In this document: piece by piece, positions 37,213-47,464 of the stretch
Layout of the letters: the number at the start of each line of letters is the position of its first letter
How positions within the stretch are numbered: position 1 is the stretch's first letter
From: Candidatus Sumerlaeia bacterium
GTDB taxonomy: Bacteria; Sumerlaeota; Sumerlaeia; MVZB01
Length of the DNA: 64,000 bases
NCBI GenBank assembly: GCA_963580245.1
Contig: CAUZJO010000002.1
Location: forward strand, 12,499-76,498
Direction of reading: 5' to 3'
Program-made: the position numbers and the translations under genes
The notes under the pieces: model-generated
What the model saw: only the letters and a program-made list of their open reading frames with translations
What the model was told of the DNA's origin: nothing
Databases searched by the model: none

Positions 37213-38244
37213 TTGAAGCCGATACTCGCCCTCACCCAAGGCGACCCCGCCGGGATCGGGCCGGAATTGTGCTTGAAGGCCATCGCCGACGAATCGGTCT
37301 TGGCGGGCTGCCGGCCGATGATCATCGGCGACCTGTGTGTGCTGGAGCAGGTCGGCGAACGGTTGAATCTCGCCCTGCCGTCCGAGGTCGTCCCGTCGGC
37401 CGAATTGTTTGTCCGTCGGGGCGCCTCGACCAAGGAATCGGAGCGCGCGTTTCTGGAGCGGGCCGACCGGCCGGTCCTGATCGATTGCGCCTGTATCGCG
37501 GGAGCGGTCGAACCCGGACGCGCGACGTGCGAGGGCGGCGAGGCGTCTTATCGCTATATCGCCACGGCGGCCGAGGGGGCGATTGACGGACTGTTCGATG
37601 CCGTCGTCACCGCCCCGATCACAAAATCCACGCTGCGGATGGCGGGCGTCCATGAGCCGGGTCACACCGAAATCCTGGCGCGTCTGACCGGGACCAAGGA
37701 CACCGTGATGTTGCTCTACAGCCCGCGCATCGCGGTCAGTTTGGTCACGATTCACCAGCCGCTATCGACCGTTCCCGGCTCCCTGACAGTTGAGGCGATC
37801 GTCCGCACGGCCCACCTGACGCGCGAGGCGATCCATCGGCTGCGGGGACGTGAGCCGCGACTGGCGGTCCTGGGGCTGAACCCCCATGCCGGCGAGGAGG
37901 GAATGTTCGGCCGTGAAGAGATCGAGATTGTCACCCCGGCGATCGAACAATGTCGCGCCGAAGGGCTGGACGTCGAAGGCCCGCTCCCGCCCGACGCCGC
38001 CTTCATGCCGCACAACCTCGAACGCTTCGACGCCCACGTCGCCCTCTATCACGATCAGGGCCTGATCCCGTTCAAGATGATCTCGATGCACGATGGGGTC
38101 AACACGACGCTCGGCCTGCCGATCATCCGCACCTCGCCCGACCACGGCACCGCTTACGACATCGCCTGGCGGGGCAAGGCGGACCCATCGAGCATGCTCG
38201 CGGCGATCCATCTGGCCGCGAACCTGGCCGGGGCCGCGGAATGA
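37213..38244 (+). CDS. pdxA: 4-hydroxythreonine-4-phosphate dehydrogenase PdxA
   Basis: MKPILALTQGDPAGIGPEL, HTEILA, LGLNPHAGEEG, YHDQGLIPFK and RTSPDHGTAYDIAW are all PdxA-family motifs. TTG start. Confidence 0.93.
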   Translation: MKPILALTQGDPAGIGPELCLKAIADESVLAGCRPMIIGDLCVLEQVGERLNLALPSEVVPSAELFVRRGASTKESERAFLERADRPVLIDCACIAGAVEPGRATCEGGEASYRYIATAAEGAIDGLFDAVVTAPITKSTLRMAGVHEPGHTEILARLTGTKDTVMLLYSPRIAVSLVTIHQPLSTVPGSLTVEAIVRTAHLTREAIHRLRGREPRLAVLGLNPHAGEEGMFGREEIEIVTPAIEQCRAEGLDVEGPLPPDAAFMPHNLERFDAHVALYHDQGLIPFKMISMHDGVNTTLGLPIIRTSPDHGTAYDIAWRGKADPSSMLAAIHLAANLAGAAE

Positions 38245-38278
38245 TAGGTATCTGAAAAAAACCGGACAAGCGGACCAA

Positions 38279-39115
38279 CTACGGCTCGACGGAGGCTTGC
38301 GTTTTCGGCCCCCGCCCACTCGTCAGGTCGGCCTGGGTCGCCGCGACGATGCGATACGATTTGGGATCCTGCGCAAAGGCGATCACCGAGGCATGTTCCG
38401 ACTTGAACAACTTCGGGGGGAAAAGAGATAACGAACCTTGAGCGTCGCCGGTCAGGGGCAGACTTTTGAAGACGCGCACGACGTTCTCGTGGTGGAGAGT
38501 ACGTCCGGCGTTTTCGCCCCGGCCGACCGCCGTGACCAGCCCGCGTTCGAGCAGAGCCACGTTTAATAGCACCGTTTTCCCCAATGCGTTTAACTCGTAG
38601 CCGACCTTTACGCCCTCCGGCGCCGGCTCCACGTTCAATGCAAGTCTGACGGCGGCTGGGAGTCCTAAGGCCGCTTCGATGGCCTGGCGTCCCTTGTCAC
38701 GGTCGGACCCGACGAACGCATCCGCGCCGTTGACGATCATCTGGGGCGTATAAACGTTCCCGGCTCGCAAAGCCTGCGCGTAACCCTGCTGTCGCTTGGT
38801 GTGCGCCGCATCGCCGAAAGGGTCCTTCCAGCCCAGATAGTCCCAGTAATCGACGTGGAAGGCCAACGTGTAGACCCGCCCGCCCGAGGCGCGGGCCTCG
38901 CGGGTCAAATCGCCCACGAATGCCTCGGCCGGAGGGCAGCTCGAACATCCCTCGGAGGTAAACAACTCGACCACGGCGAATGGAGGCGCCGGCGCGGTAG
39001 GCGGAGACGGCCCCTCCTCGGCGGCGCCACGTTCAGAGACGGCAAGGGCGAGCCCCAGCAGTGAGAAGAGGCTCAATTGCCTGGTGCGCGCGCGATGGTT
39101 GGGGCACTCATTCAT
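38279..39115 (-). CDS. DUF1223 domain protein (thioredoxin-fold, secreted)
   Basis: Signal peptide plus VVELFTSEGCSSCPPAE, the hallmark DUF1223 motif. Confidence 0.85.
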   Translation of the reverse strand: MNECPNHRARTRQLSLFSLLGLALAVSERGAAEEGPSPPTAPAPPFAVVELFTSEGCSSCPPAEAFVGDLTREARASGGRVYTLAFHVDYWDYLGWKDPFGDAAHTKRQQGYAQALRAGNVYTPQMIVNGADAFVGSDRDKGRQAIEAALGLPAAVRLALNVEPAPEGVKVGYELNALGKTVLLNVALLERGLVTAVGRGENAGRTLHHENVVRVFKSLPLTGDAQGSLSLFPPKLFKSEHASVIAFAQDPKSYRIVAATQADLTSGRGPKTQASVEP

Positions 39116-39499
39116 TCAGTCAAGCCTACCCATTTTTTCCGCCCGCGGCAATATCGATATCGGCGATTGAGGATGAGCATCCTGGCGCTAGACTATGCTT
39201 CAAGTCGAGAGGTAAGATTTGGTGGCGTTTGACGGGACCCTGGGGGAACGCAGTCCAATTGTCGGACCCGCCAAGGGACGATCTAAGACTCCCCCGAACG
39301 GGAATTGGTACGTTTTGAATCAACCGTCAGCCAAGAGCATCTCGTGCGCGGCTTTCAACTGTCTGTCGGCTGCGTTCACAGAGGTCAAAACGTGGCCAAG
39401 AGTTGAGAATTTAGTGAGCATCGCACGGATTCGGCATTCACGATGCCTATCGGCGATCTGTTCGGGCTTGCTCCCGCTGATCGCTGTCTCTCTTTTCTT

Positions 39500-40318
39500 T
39501 CAATCTCGCTTGGGCGCCCAACCCGTGACTCCAACCCGAGCGGATTCGGACGGCGCATACAGAATATCGAGGAATCCATCCTCATTGATATCAGCGATGT
39601 GCGCGCCAACTCTAGATGGCTGACTCGAGGTGACTTGATGTTCCGTCCATTGGCCGCTTGGCATATTACCGGGAGCAGGGAGAGGGTTCTCCAGCCAATA
39701 GCCGTTGATGGCTACATCGAGGTCGCCGTCGCCATCAATGTCGCCCAGAGCCGTCCTTTCTTCAGGTCTTGTGCTTATTTCGATCTTCGACCAGGCGCTG
39801 GGACTCGTCTGAAGAAACAATGTCGTGGTTCCGATTCGAACCACGACGTCGAGCAGGCCATTATTATCGACGTCGCCCACTTCAACGTCATGCGCGCCCG
39901 CATCTCCGATATGGTGCTCCACCCAAGGGGTCGTGGGGTCTCCGGCGGGTAGAACCGGGTTCTCATACCACCAAACGGATTTCCCTTTATTCGTGCCTTT
40001 AGGAATAATCGCATCCAAGTCACCGTCATTATCAACGTCACCGACCTGCATGTCGGTCGTGTAGGTGCTCCCCGTGGCAATTTGATGTTTGGTCCAGTCG
40101 GGATAGGCGTACCAGACCAGGCCGTCGTTGCCATCCGCCGAACTCGCGGCCATGACATCGATAAAACCATCCAGATCGATGTCTCCCAATGCTTTCACAT
40201 GGGGATGCAATATTGCGCCGGGGCCATCGACGATAACGTTTTGAAATTGGAGGTTCTGGGCGCCGACAAGGCCCGCCAATGGAATAAAACATATGGATCC
40301 CCATTGCCAACTCCTCAT
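39500..40318 (-). CDS. FG-GAP/VCBS repeat protein, secreted
   Basis: A signal peptide and five repeats with calcium-binding-like loops (GDIDLDGFIDV, GDVDNDGDLD, GDVDNNGLLD, GDIDGDGDLD, ADINEDGFLD). Confidence 0.8.
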   Translation of the reverse strand: MRSWQWGSICFIPLAGLVGAQNLQFQNVIVDGPGAILHPHVKALGDIDLDGFIDVMAASSADGNDGLVWYAYPDWTKHQIATGSTYTTDMQVGDVDNDGDLDAIIPKGTNKGKSVWWYENPVLPAGDPTTPWVEHHIGDAGAHDVEVGDVDNNGLLDVVVRIGTTTLFLQTSPSAWSKIEISTRPEERTALGDIDGDGDLDVAINGYWLENPLPAPGNMPSGQWTEHQVTSSQPSRVGAHIADINEDGFLDILYAPSESARVGVTGWAPKRD

Positions 40319-40998
40319 GATGAACTCCTTTCATGAGGCGAACTAGAAATACATATTTGACCGATGCGTTGAGGAATACTTTGCCACCAACTCGCGTCAT
40401 GGAGCGACTTCGATCAATACTGATTTTGGCTGGCTTGGCACAACGATCCCAATCGTCTATTATCGGGCGACTAACTTACTTATCCGAAACGATTGTGGGG
40501 TTACATCTACTTCACTTAACGTCCGCGGGTGGGCGGAGTCTAAGCCGAAAAATACGCTGCACGAAATCGCGCCTGTTCGCAATGAAAAACTCTCCCTTGT
40601 GAACGGGGAAATCGCGCGCGTGGGAGCGAAGTCGGTGTTTCGTGTCCGCGCCATAACTCGTCGCGCACTGTCAATACTACGTTTAGCCCACGGGCGAACC
40701 GCTTGTGGTCGGCGAGGCCTCATCGGCCTATTTCCCTCGCCACTCGGGCGCGCCCCGAGCTGAATAATGAGCTGTCACTCCATGGGTTTCGGCTACCAGC
40801 ATCGTTGCGTCTTCAAGCCATGCCTCTCGGGATTATGTCCTGTAGCCCCGTATCGGCCACCCGACAACTTTCGCTGAAGCAACGACTCTATTTTGTTACA
40901 GCGCCGCGCGAGCGCTCATGGCATGACATGAGGTGAGGAATGAGAAGGTCTGATGCTCGTCGGGGCGTTTCGGACTGGCGGGCGCATTCTAAAGAGCA

Positions 40999-41124
40999 CC
41001 TCTAAGAATTCAGTCCCGGCAGGGACGATTGCTTTCAGCCCGCCATGCAAGTGGCGGGAAATCAAACCGATAACGAATTGGAGTCCCGTAGGGACGACTG
41101 CAAACCGGGTTTTTAGAGGTTCCC
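40999..41124 (+). repeat. Family-A multi-hairpin repeat, copy 2
   Basis: cctctaagaattcagtcccggcagggacgattgctttcagcccgccatgcaagtggcgggaaatcaaaccgataacgaattggagtcccgtagggacgactgcaaaccgggtttttagaggttccc. Its last base is the first base of the aminotransferase stop codon. Confidence 0.8.
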
Positions 41125-42317
41125 TAAAGTCTCTTCAAGAACCGCCCAATCCCCTCCAGCGCCAAGTCAAGCGTGTCGAATCCCACGGCGTAGGCAATCC
41201 GGACATGGCCCTCGCCCGCCTGGCCGAAGGCGCTGCCGGGGACGATGGCGATCGATTCCTCTTCGATCAGCCGGCGGCAGAATTCAACCGAATCGAGGCC
41301 CGTGTGCTTGATGGAGGGGAACGCGTAGAACGCGCCGGCGGGCCGGTGGCAAGGGAGGCCGATCTCGTTGAGGCCCTTGACGATCACGTTGCGCCGCTGG
41401 CGATAGACCTCGCACATGTGGCGTATGTCGTCCAGGCCGTCGCCCAGCGCGGCTTCGGCGGCGCGTTGGCCCATGATCGGGGCGCACATCACCGAGTACT
41501 GGTGGATTTTGGTCATCGCGGCGATCAGATCGGCCGGACCCGCCGCGTAGCCGATCCGCCAGCCGGTCATGGCGAAAGCCTTGGAGAACCCGGAGAGTAG
41601 GAGCGTCCGGTCGGCGGCCTCGGGGATCGCGGCCATGCTGACGTGCTCGTCGTCGTGGGTCAGCTCGGCGTAGACCTCGTCGCTGATGATGACGATTTGC
41701 CGCCTGGCCAGCCGCGCGGCGAGTTCCACGAGCTCGCCGCGCCCGAGCGTCATGCCGGTGGGGTTGTTGGGATAGTTGATCATGACGGCGCGAGTGCGGG
41801 GGGTGATGAGCCGCTCCAGACCCTCCAAATCGAGCTGGAAGCCGTCTTCGCCGCGCGCCGCGAGGATCACCGCCCGCCCGCCGGCCAGCGTCACCAGCGG
41901 GGCATTGGCCACGTAGCACGGTTCCCAGACGATCACCTCGTCGCCCGGGTTGAGCAGTGCCCGCAGGGCCAGGTCCAGGGCCTCGCTGACGCCGACGGTG
42001 ACCAGGATTTCATCTTCGGGGTCGGCCTGAACGGCGAAGCGGTCGGCCAGGTACCCCGAGATCGCCTGGCGCAGACTCATTAGGCCGCTGTTGGAGGTGT
42101 AACTGGTCTCGCCGCGACCGAGCCGATACAGGGCCGCCTCGCGGATGCGCCACGGCGTCACGAAATCGGGTTCCCCAACCCCCAACGAGATGACGTCGTC
42201 GCGGCCGATCACCAATTCAAAAAAGGCCCGTATCCCGGAGGGCGGGACCGACTCGACCCGCTTCGCGATCCGCGACCGCTCGGGCTCGTCCAGGGGTATC
42301 GGCTCTTCGGAAGTCAT
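41124..42317 (-). CDS. Pyridoxal phosphate-dependent aminotransferase (class I, aspartate aminotransferase-like)
   Basis: 397 aa. Contains YPNNPTGM and the SGFSKAFAMTGWRIGY lysine motif. Confidence 0.93.
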   Translation of the reverse strand: MTSEEPIPLDEPERSRIAKRVESVPPSGIRAFFELVIGRDDVISLGVGEPDFVTPWRIREAALYRLGRGETSYTSNSGLMSLRQAISGYLADRFAVQADPEDEILVTVGVSEALDLALRALLNPGDEVIVWEPCYVANAPLVTLAGGRAVILAARGEDGFQLDLEGLERLITPRTRAVMINYPNNPTGMTLGRGELVELAARLARRQIVIISDEVYAELTHDDEHVSMAAIPEAADRTLLLSGFSKAFAMTGWRIGYAAGPADLIAAMTKIHQYSVMCAPIMGQRAAEAALGDGLDDIRHMCEVYRQRRNVIVKGLNEIGLPCHRPAGAFYAFPSIKHTGLDSVEFCRRLIEEESIAIVPGSAFGQAGEGHVRIAYAVGFDTLDLALEGIGRFLKRL

Positions 42318-42701
42318 GCTGGCTATCCCAACGTGTGGAGGATCTGTTCGCTTGCCGTGTCAACAGGTCTCATTGGTCTCGACACCGGCGAAACTACAAT
42401 CCTTATAGAGTCCAGGGTAAGGCGAATGCAAGTTCCATGGGGTTATGGTTTGGATCAGACATCGGGAAGGGACGAGAAGTGATCCGAGAATATGACAAAT
42501 AAGCCTATTTTAACAATAAACAGCGGCGGTGTCGAGGTTTGATCTTGACAGGTTGTCGGGAAATCATGAGCATTATGCCAGAGATCTGGGCTTCGGCATG
42601 ATTGCCACGCTCGGATCGAGGGACAAATCAACAAGCCATGGCGTATCAATGGTATGTTCGGGATGGAGATTCACACACCATAGGAGGTTAACAGACTATC
42701 C

Positions 42702-44267
42702 ATGCCAGACCCAGTGACCCTCGTAGTGGGGATCGCTGTGGGTTCAATTGTCGGGGTCGGGGCGACACTATTTCTGACGCGATACGTCGGAACCCAACGC
42801 CGGCAAAGTGCTCGTAAAGAGGCCGAATTGATAGCGGAGACGGCCCGGGTTGACGCGGAAAAGACGCTTCAACATGCCGAGCAGAATGCCAAGGAGGAAA
42901 CGCAGAAACGGATTAAAAAGGTCGAACGCGATCTTGCCAAACGACGCCACGAAATGGACCGGCGGGAACGCAAGTTCAGTCAGCGTGAGAATACCCTGGA
43001 GCGTAAGCTGGAAGGGGCTGATCAGCACGAGACGGAGCTGGCCAAGCAGGAGGGGCAGGCGCGGAATCTGCGCCAGTCGCTCAAGCAGGAACTGGAGGAG
43101 TTGGATGCGACTCGCCAAGAGGCCATCCGCCGTTGTGAAGAAATCTCGGGTCTGACCAGTGCAGAGGGCAAGAAGTTGCTCCTGGAGATGCTGGAGGCCG
43201 ATGTTCGCAGCGACGCGGCGGCTTTGGTGCGGCGGATCGAATCGGAAACTCGGGAGCTGGCCAACAAGAAGGCACGGCAGATCATCACGCTGGCCATTCA
43301 GAATTGCGCAACTGACCAGGTCACCGAGACGACGGTGTCGGTGATCAACTTGCCCAATGATGAGATGAAAGGTCGCATCATCGGGCGGGAGGGTCGCAAC
43401 ATTCGGGCGCTAGAGGCGACGACGGGTTGTAATATCATCGTCGACGAAACGCCCGAGGCGGTGGTTCTATCGTGCTTTGATCCACTCCGGCGCGAGGTGG
43501 CTCGGTTGGCCCTGGAGCGGTTGCTCAGTGACGGACGCATCCATCCGGGGCGGATCGAGGAGGTGGTGGCCAAGGTCGAGCGGGAGCTGGCCGATCACAT
43601 TCGTGAGGTCGGCGAGCACGCGGTCTTGGACTTGGGCATCAGCGACATGCACCCGGAGTTGATCAAGACGCTGGGGCGGCTCAAGTTCCGCACCAGCTAC
43701 GGTCAGAACATGCTCTCTCACTCGGCCGAGACCGCGAGGTTATGCTCGTATCTGGCCGGCGAGTTGGGGGCCGACATCGAGGTGGCCAAACGGGCGGGCC
43801 TGCTGCACGATATCGGCAAGGCGCTGAGTTACGAGATGGAGGGCACCCATGCCCTGATCGGCGCGGAGCTGGCCAAACGTTGCAACGAGACGCCCGGCGT
43901 GGTCCACGCCATCGCGGCCCATCACAACGAGGAGGAGCCGCGGACGATCATCGCGGTGCTGGTGCAGGCGGCCGACGCCGTCAGTTCGGCGCGGCCGGGG
44001 GTTCGTCGTGAGTCGTTCGAGAACTACATCAAGCGGATGAAGCGTTTGGAAGAGATCGCCCAATCGTTCCAAGGGGTATCCAAGGCTTACGCCATCCAGG
44101 CGGGGCGGGAACTGCGAGTAATGGTTGAACCCATGGAGGTCAACGATAATGAAGCGGCGTTGCTCAGTCGGGAGGTGACCAAGAAGATCGAACAGGAGCT
44201 GGAGTATCCAGGTCAGATCAAGGTCACGGTTTGCCGAGAGACCCGCTTCAGTGAATACGCGAAATAA
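42702..44267 (+). CDS. rny: Ribonuclease Y
   Basis: N-terminal TM helix, a long charged coiled coil, a KH domain (GRIIGREGRNIRALE) and an HD domain (LLHDIGKA). Confidence 0.95.
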   Translation: MPDPVTLVVGIAVGSIVGVGATLFLTRYVGTQRRQSARKEAELIAETARVDAEKTLQHAEQNAKEETQKRIKKVERDLAKRRHEMDRRERKFSQRENTLERKLEGADQHETELAKQEGQARNLRQSLKQELEELDATRQEAIRRCEEISGLTSAEGKKLLLEMLEADVRSDAAALVRRIESETRELANKKARQIITLAIQNCATDQVTETTVSVINLPNDEMKGRIIGREGRNIRALEATTGCNIIVDETPEAVVLSCFDPLRREVARLALERLLSDGRIHPGRIEEVVAKVERELADHIREVGEHAVLDLGISDMHPELIKTLGRLKFRTSYGQNMLSHSAETARLCSYLAGELGADIEVAKRAGLLHDIGKALSYEMEGTHALIGAELAKRCNETPGVVHAIAAHHNEEEPRTIIAVLVQAADAVSSARPGVRRESFENYIKRMKRLEEIAQSFQGVSKAYAIQAGRELRVMVEPMEVNDNEAALLSREVTKKIEQELEYPGQIKVTVCRETRFSEYAK

Positions 44268-44300
44268 TTGAGATTGAAATTCTGAATTTGCACCCGATTC

Positions 44301-44332
44301 GGCCGGCGCCTTCAAAGCCGGCCGTTTTCTTT
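44301..44332 (+). terminator. Rho-independent terminator candidate after rny
   Basis: Stem ggccggc, 9-nt loop, gccggcc, followed by gttttcttt. It overlaps the TTG start of the longest downstream ORF, which argues for a later start there. Confidence 0.5.
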
Positions 44333-44348
44333 GGCCCCGCGGAGCAAT

Positions 44349-46388
44349 ATGGACAAGGATGATCAACCGGCGATGGGTATCGTGAAACGACCGCTGCTCG
44401 TGACTTTGATGGCGGTGCTCGGAAGTTCTTGGCCGATCGGAATGGTGGATGCCCAAGGCCCCATGATTTTGAACGAGTACAACGCGGTCGGTGAGGCCGA
44501 GTTGCTCAGAGATGGGGGCTCCGACTCGTTTTTCGGGCGAGCCGTGGGCAACGGAGGGGACTGGTTCGAGATTGTCGTCCGGCGCGACCGACTCGACGCC
44601 CGCGGGTACCAGTTGCATTGGGTGGACGAGGACGGATTCGGGGTCATGACATTGACGGATGATCCGGTGTGGGAGGACCTGTGCGCGGGGACGATCCTGA
44701 CGTTCATCGAGAAGCCGACGGCCGAGGGCGGACTGGACACCGACTTGTCTTTCGACCCGGGCCGGGCGGACTGGTGGATCCATGTCTGCGCGCGTGACGC
44801 ACGATTCGTCGGGACAAAGAGTTCTTCGGAGCGGGGCGAACCGGGGGCTTTCAGCGTCTCGAACCGGGATTGGAACCTCACGATCCGCGACGCGGGTGGC
44901 GGGGACGTTTTCGGGCCTGCCGGCGAGGGGTCGCCCTCGTACGGCGGCGACGGAATCAGTAGCCGGGAAATCTGTCGCTTGGAGCAGGATCCGTCCATCG
45001 AGTTTGGAGCCGGCGGGAACTACAACGAGGGGCAAAACAGCACCTTCGGCGCACCCAACCGGTGGGGGCCTAATGAACGTAGGCTCCAGTCGTTCGCGAA
45101 CCTGCGTCGGCGACGGGGGGCGGACCCTTCCGAAACGGGGGCGGACGCCACGGTCACCCCCCGGTTCCGGTTGGAGCTGTTGGAGACGGTCGATGTTCCC
45201 GCCAACACCATGGAGATCGTGCGGTATCACCCCGGTGAGCGGCTATTGTTGGCGACGAACCCGGAGACGAAATCGTTGGAGCTGTTTCACGTTGAGTCGC
45301 TCGACCCGCCGAAGATCGAGCCCGTGAAGCTTGGGAATCAGGCTCCCAACGTCCAAGGCCTGGCGATGGGGGGTGAGGCGACCAGCGTCGCGCTGCATCC
45401 CGGCGAGCCGATCGCCCTGGTGGCGGTGCTTGGCCGAACCCTGGCTGATCCCGGCCGGCTCAAGGCTATCGATCTGAGGCACTCGACCTTGGGTGAGTTC
45501 ATCATCGACCAGCCGATGGGGATTCATCCCGACAGCGTGGCCGTTTCACCCGATGGGCGGTGGGCGGTTATAGCGTGTGAAGGGCAGGGGCATCCGGAGA
45601 CTGTCGGATCGATCGCGGTCGTGGACCTGGATGGGTTGTCGGCCGACCGACGTGCTCGGGCAGCCCGCCCGTTGCCGGTCACGATCCTGGATGACTTGGG
45701 TTCGCTGTTGAACGTGCCCGATGGAGCGGTCGAGCCCGAATACGTCGCCATCGATCCCCAGAGCCGTTTCGCGGCCGTGACCTGTCAGGAGAACGACGCG
45801 GTTGTCTTTGTCGATCTGCGAGAGACGACGCCCACCTTGGCCGGGCGAGTCTTATTAGGGGAGGGCGCTCAGCCGGACGGGGTCAGTCTCATCGATGGCG
45901 TAATGGGTCCCAGCGGGCGGCCTGGGTGCTTGATGGCGGTGGCCAATGAAGGGGACGCGGACCGGACGATCGGCGGCATTGGCCACGGCCTGGCGCTCTA
46001 TTGGATCGATCCGGCCCATATCGATCTGGACCATCTGGATGAGAATGCGAAGTTGATGTCGCGGACCGATTTGCGTCCGTTTATCAGTCCGCAGGAACTC
46101 GACCGGCGCCTGGATCCGGAGACGGTGGTCCTCGTGCGATTTCAGGGGGCCGTCCTTGTTTTGGTGAGCATTGAGCGCGCCGATATGTTGGTCTGCATGG
46201 ACGCGACGGATCCCAGCCGGCCGCGATGGGTCGATCAGGTGCGCGTGGGCAGCCACCCCGAAGGTGTGGCGGTTTTTTTGCGCGAGGAGGATGCGATCAT
46301 TATCACCGGCGACGAGGGGAGGGACGGGCCCGGGACGATCAGTTTCGCGCGGTTGAGCGGCGTGAAGGGACCGGGAGAGGATCAATAG
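44349..46388 (+). CDS. Secreted protein: lamin-tail-like (LTD) N-terminal domain plus C-terminal beta-propeller (choice-of-anchor-I / lactonase-like)
   Basis: ATG 44349 has GGAG 6 nt upstream. Signal-like segment LLVTLMAVLGSSWPIGMVDAQG. ILNEYNAVG...GGDWFEIVV...GYQLHW resembles LTD. Later repeats of hydrophobic strands with D/G turns (VAVSPDGRWAVIACEG, PEYVAIDPQSRFAAVTCQEND) suggest a propeller. Confidence 0.75.
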   Translation: MDKDDQPAMGIVKRPLLVTLMAVLGSSWPIGMVDAQGPMILNEYNAVGEAELLRDGGSDSFFGRAVGNGGDWFEIVVRRDRLDARGYQLHWVDEDGFGVMTLTDDPVWEDLCAGTILTFIEKPTAEGGLDTDLSFDPGRADWWIHVCARDARFVGTKSSSERGEPGAFSVSNRDWNLTIRDAGGGDVFGPAGEGSPSYGGDGISSREICRLEQDPSIEFGAGGNYNEGQNSTFGAPNRWGPNERRLQSFANLRRRRGADPSETGADATVTPRFRLELLETVDVPANTMEIVRYHPGERLLLATNPETKSLELFHVESLDPPKIEPVKLGNQAPNVQGLAMGGEATSVALHPGEPIALVAVLGRTLADPGRLKAIDLRHSTLGEFIIDQPMGIHPDSVAVSPDGRWAVIACEGQGHPETVGSIAVVDLDGLSADRRARAARPLPVTILDDLGSLLNVPDGAVEPEYVAIDPQSRFAAVTCQENDAVVFVDLRETTPTLAGRVLLGEGAQPDGVSLIDGVMGPSGRPGCLMAVANEGDADRTIGGIGHGLALYWIDPAHIDLDHLDENAKLMSRTDLRPFISPQELDRRLDPETVVLVRFQGAVLVLVSIERADMLVCMDATDPSRPRWVDQVRVGSHPEGVAVFLREEDAIIITGDEGRDGPGTISFARLSGVKGPGEDQ

Positions 46389-46472
46389 CGCGCCAGGGGA
46401 ATCGATATGGTGATCCAAGAGCATTGGCCGATGGTTTTCCGTCGCCCCTTTTCAGGGGCTTGTCGTGGCCGG

Positions 46473-46775
46473 TCATGTTACCCAGGGTTCGCTGGGCTCA
46501 CCCTGGGCTTTATTCCGTCGCCTCCTTTCGGAGGCTCTGTCTCGCGCCATGTAAACTGGAGAGAGTAGCCGGCACGGAGTTTGTTCGGTGGATGTCCATT
46601 CGGACGCGGGCAGGCTGAACCAGAACGTGGCACCTTGGTCCTCGTTTTTGCGCGCGCCGATTTGGCCGCCGTGGGCTTCGATCAGTTGTTTGCAGATGAA
46701 GAGGCCCAGGCCCGTGCTCTTTTCTCCGCCGGTGGGCTTGTTTTCAAGGCGGGCGTACTTGGAGAACAAACGGCC
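46473..46775 (-). pseudogene. Histidine kinase 3' remnant (HATPase_c G2-box region only)
   Basis: RLFSKYARLENKPTGGEKSTGLGLFICKQLIEAHGGQIGARKNEDQGATFWFSLP is the C-terminal end of a sensor kinase catalytic domain. Nothing upstream of about 46775 resembles DHp or N/G1 boxes. The boundary is approximate. Confidence 0.55.
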
Positions 46776-47464
46776 CTTGGTCTGGCCGGATTCTTTACGG
46801 AGACCCACCTTGAGTCGTCCAAGTCGGCCGTCGTCCTGGATGACCCTGTAGGTTCTCTGGATCACGTCCGACGAGGGTATGTGGCGGAACGGCTTGCCAC
46901 ACTGGCCAAGGAGCGTCAAGTAATCGTATTCACGCACGACATCGCTTTTGTCGCGGATCTCCGGCTCGCAGCCGAGAGCGAAGGTGTAGGTGTCTGCGAA
47001 CGTGCGATCGAACGGCGACCATCCGGACAACCGGGCGCATGCTCACGAGTCATCCATGGAAAGCCAAAGATGTGCGCCTGAGGATTCAGTTACTTGAGCA
47101 AGAGCTTGCACGATTCCGCCGCGAGATCAACGCGTGGAATCAAGAGCACTACGAGCGAGAGACGGCAGACTGGGCAGGGAGGCTTTCCGAAACCTGGGAG
47201 CGGCTGATCAATATGGATATTGTTGGAAAAATAGTAGACCGTGGGTCTCAAGAAGTGCGGCCGCGCATGTTTAGGGTGCTCGCGAAGATTACGGAAGAAG
47301 ACGACCGAGAATTCCAGTCGAATTACGCTCGCTGTTCGCGTTGGGCGCGTCGGCACGACAAGAGTATAGACGTAAATTACGTCGCTCCGGGTCTCGACGA
47401 GTTAGCAGACGAACTGACCACGGTGCGCGGATGGTTTGATCGAGCACGGAAATACGGCAGGTGA
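46776..47464 (+). pseudogene. AAA/ABC-type ATPase 3' remnant (AAA_13 / PrrC-RloC-like class suspected), 5'-truncated and frameshifted
   Basis: AVVLDDPVGSLDHVRRGYVAERLATLAKERQVIVFTHDIAFV is a Walker B / D-loop region without any upstream Walker A. The reading frame then changes near 47010..47040 into ORF 47039..47464 (HPWKAKDVRLRIQLLEQELARF...). Boundaries are approximate. Confidence 0.6.
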
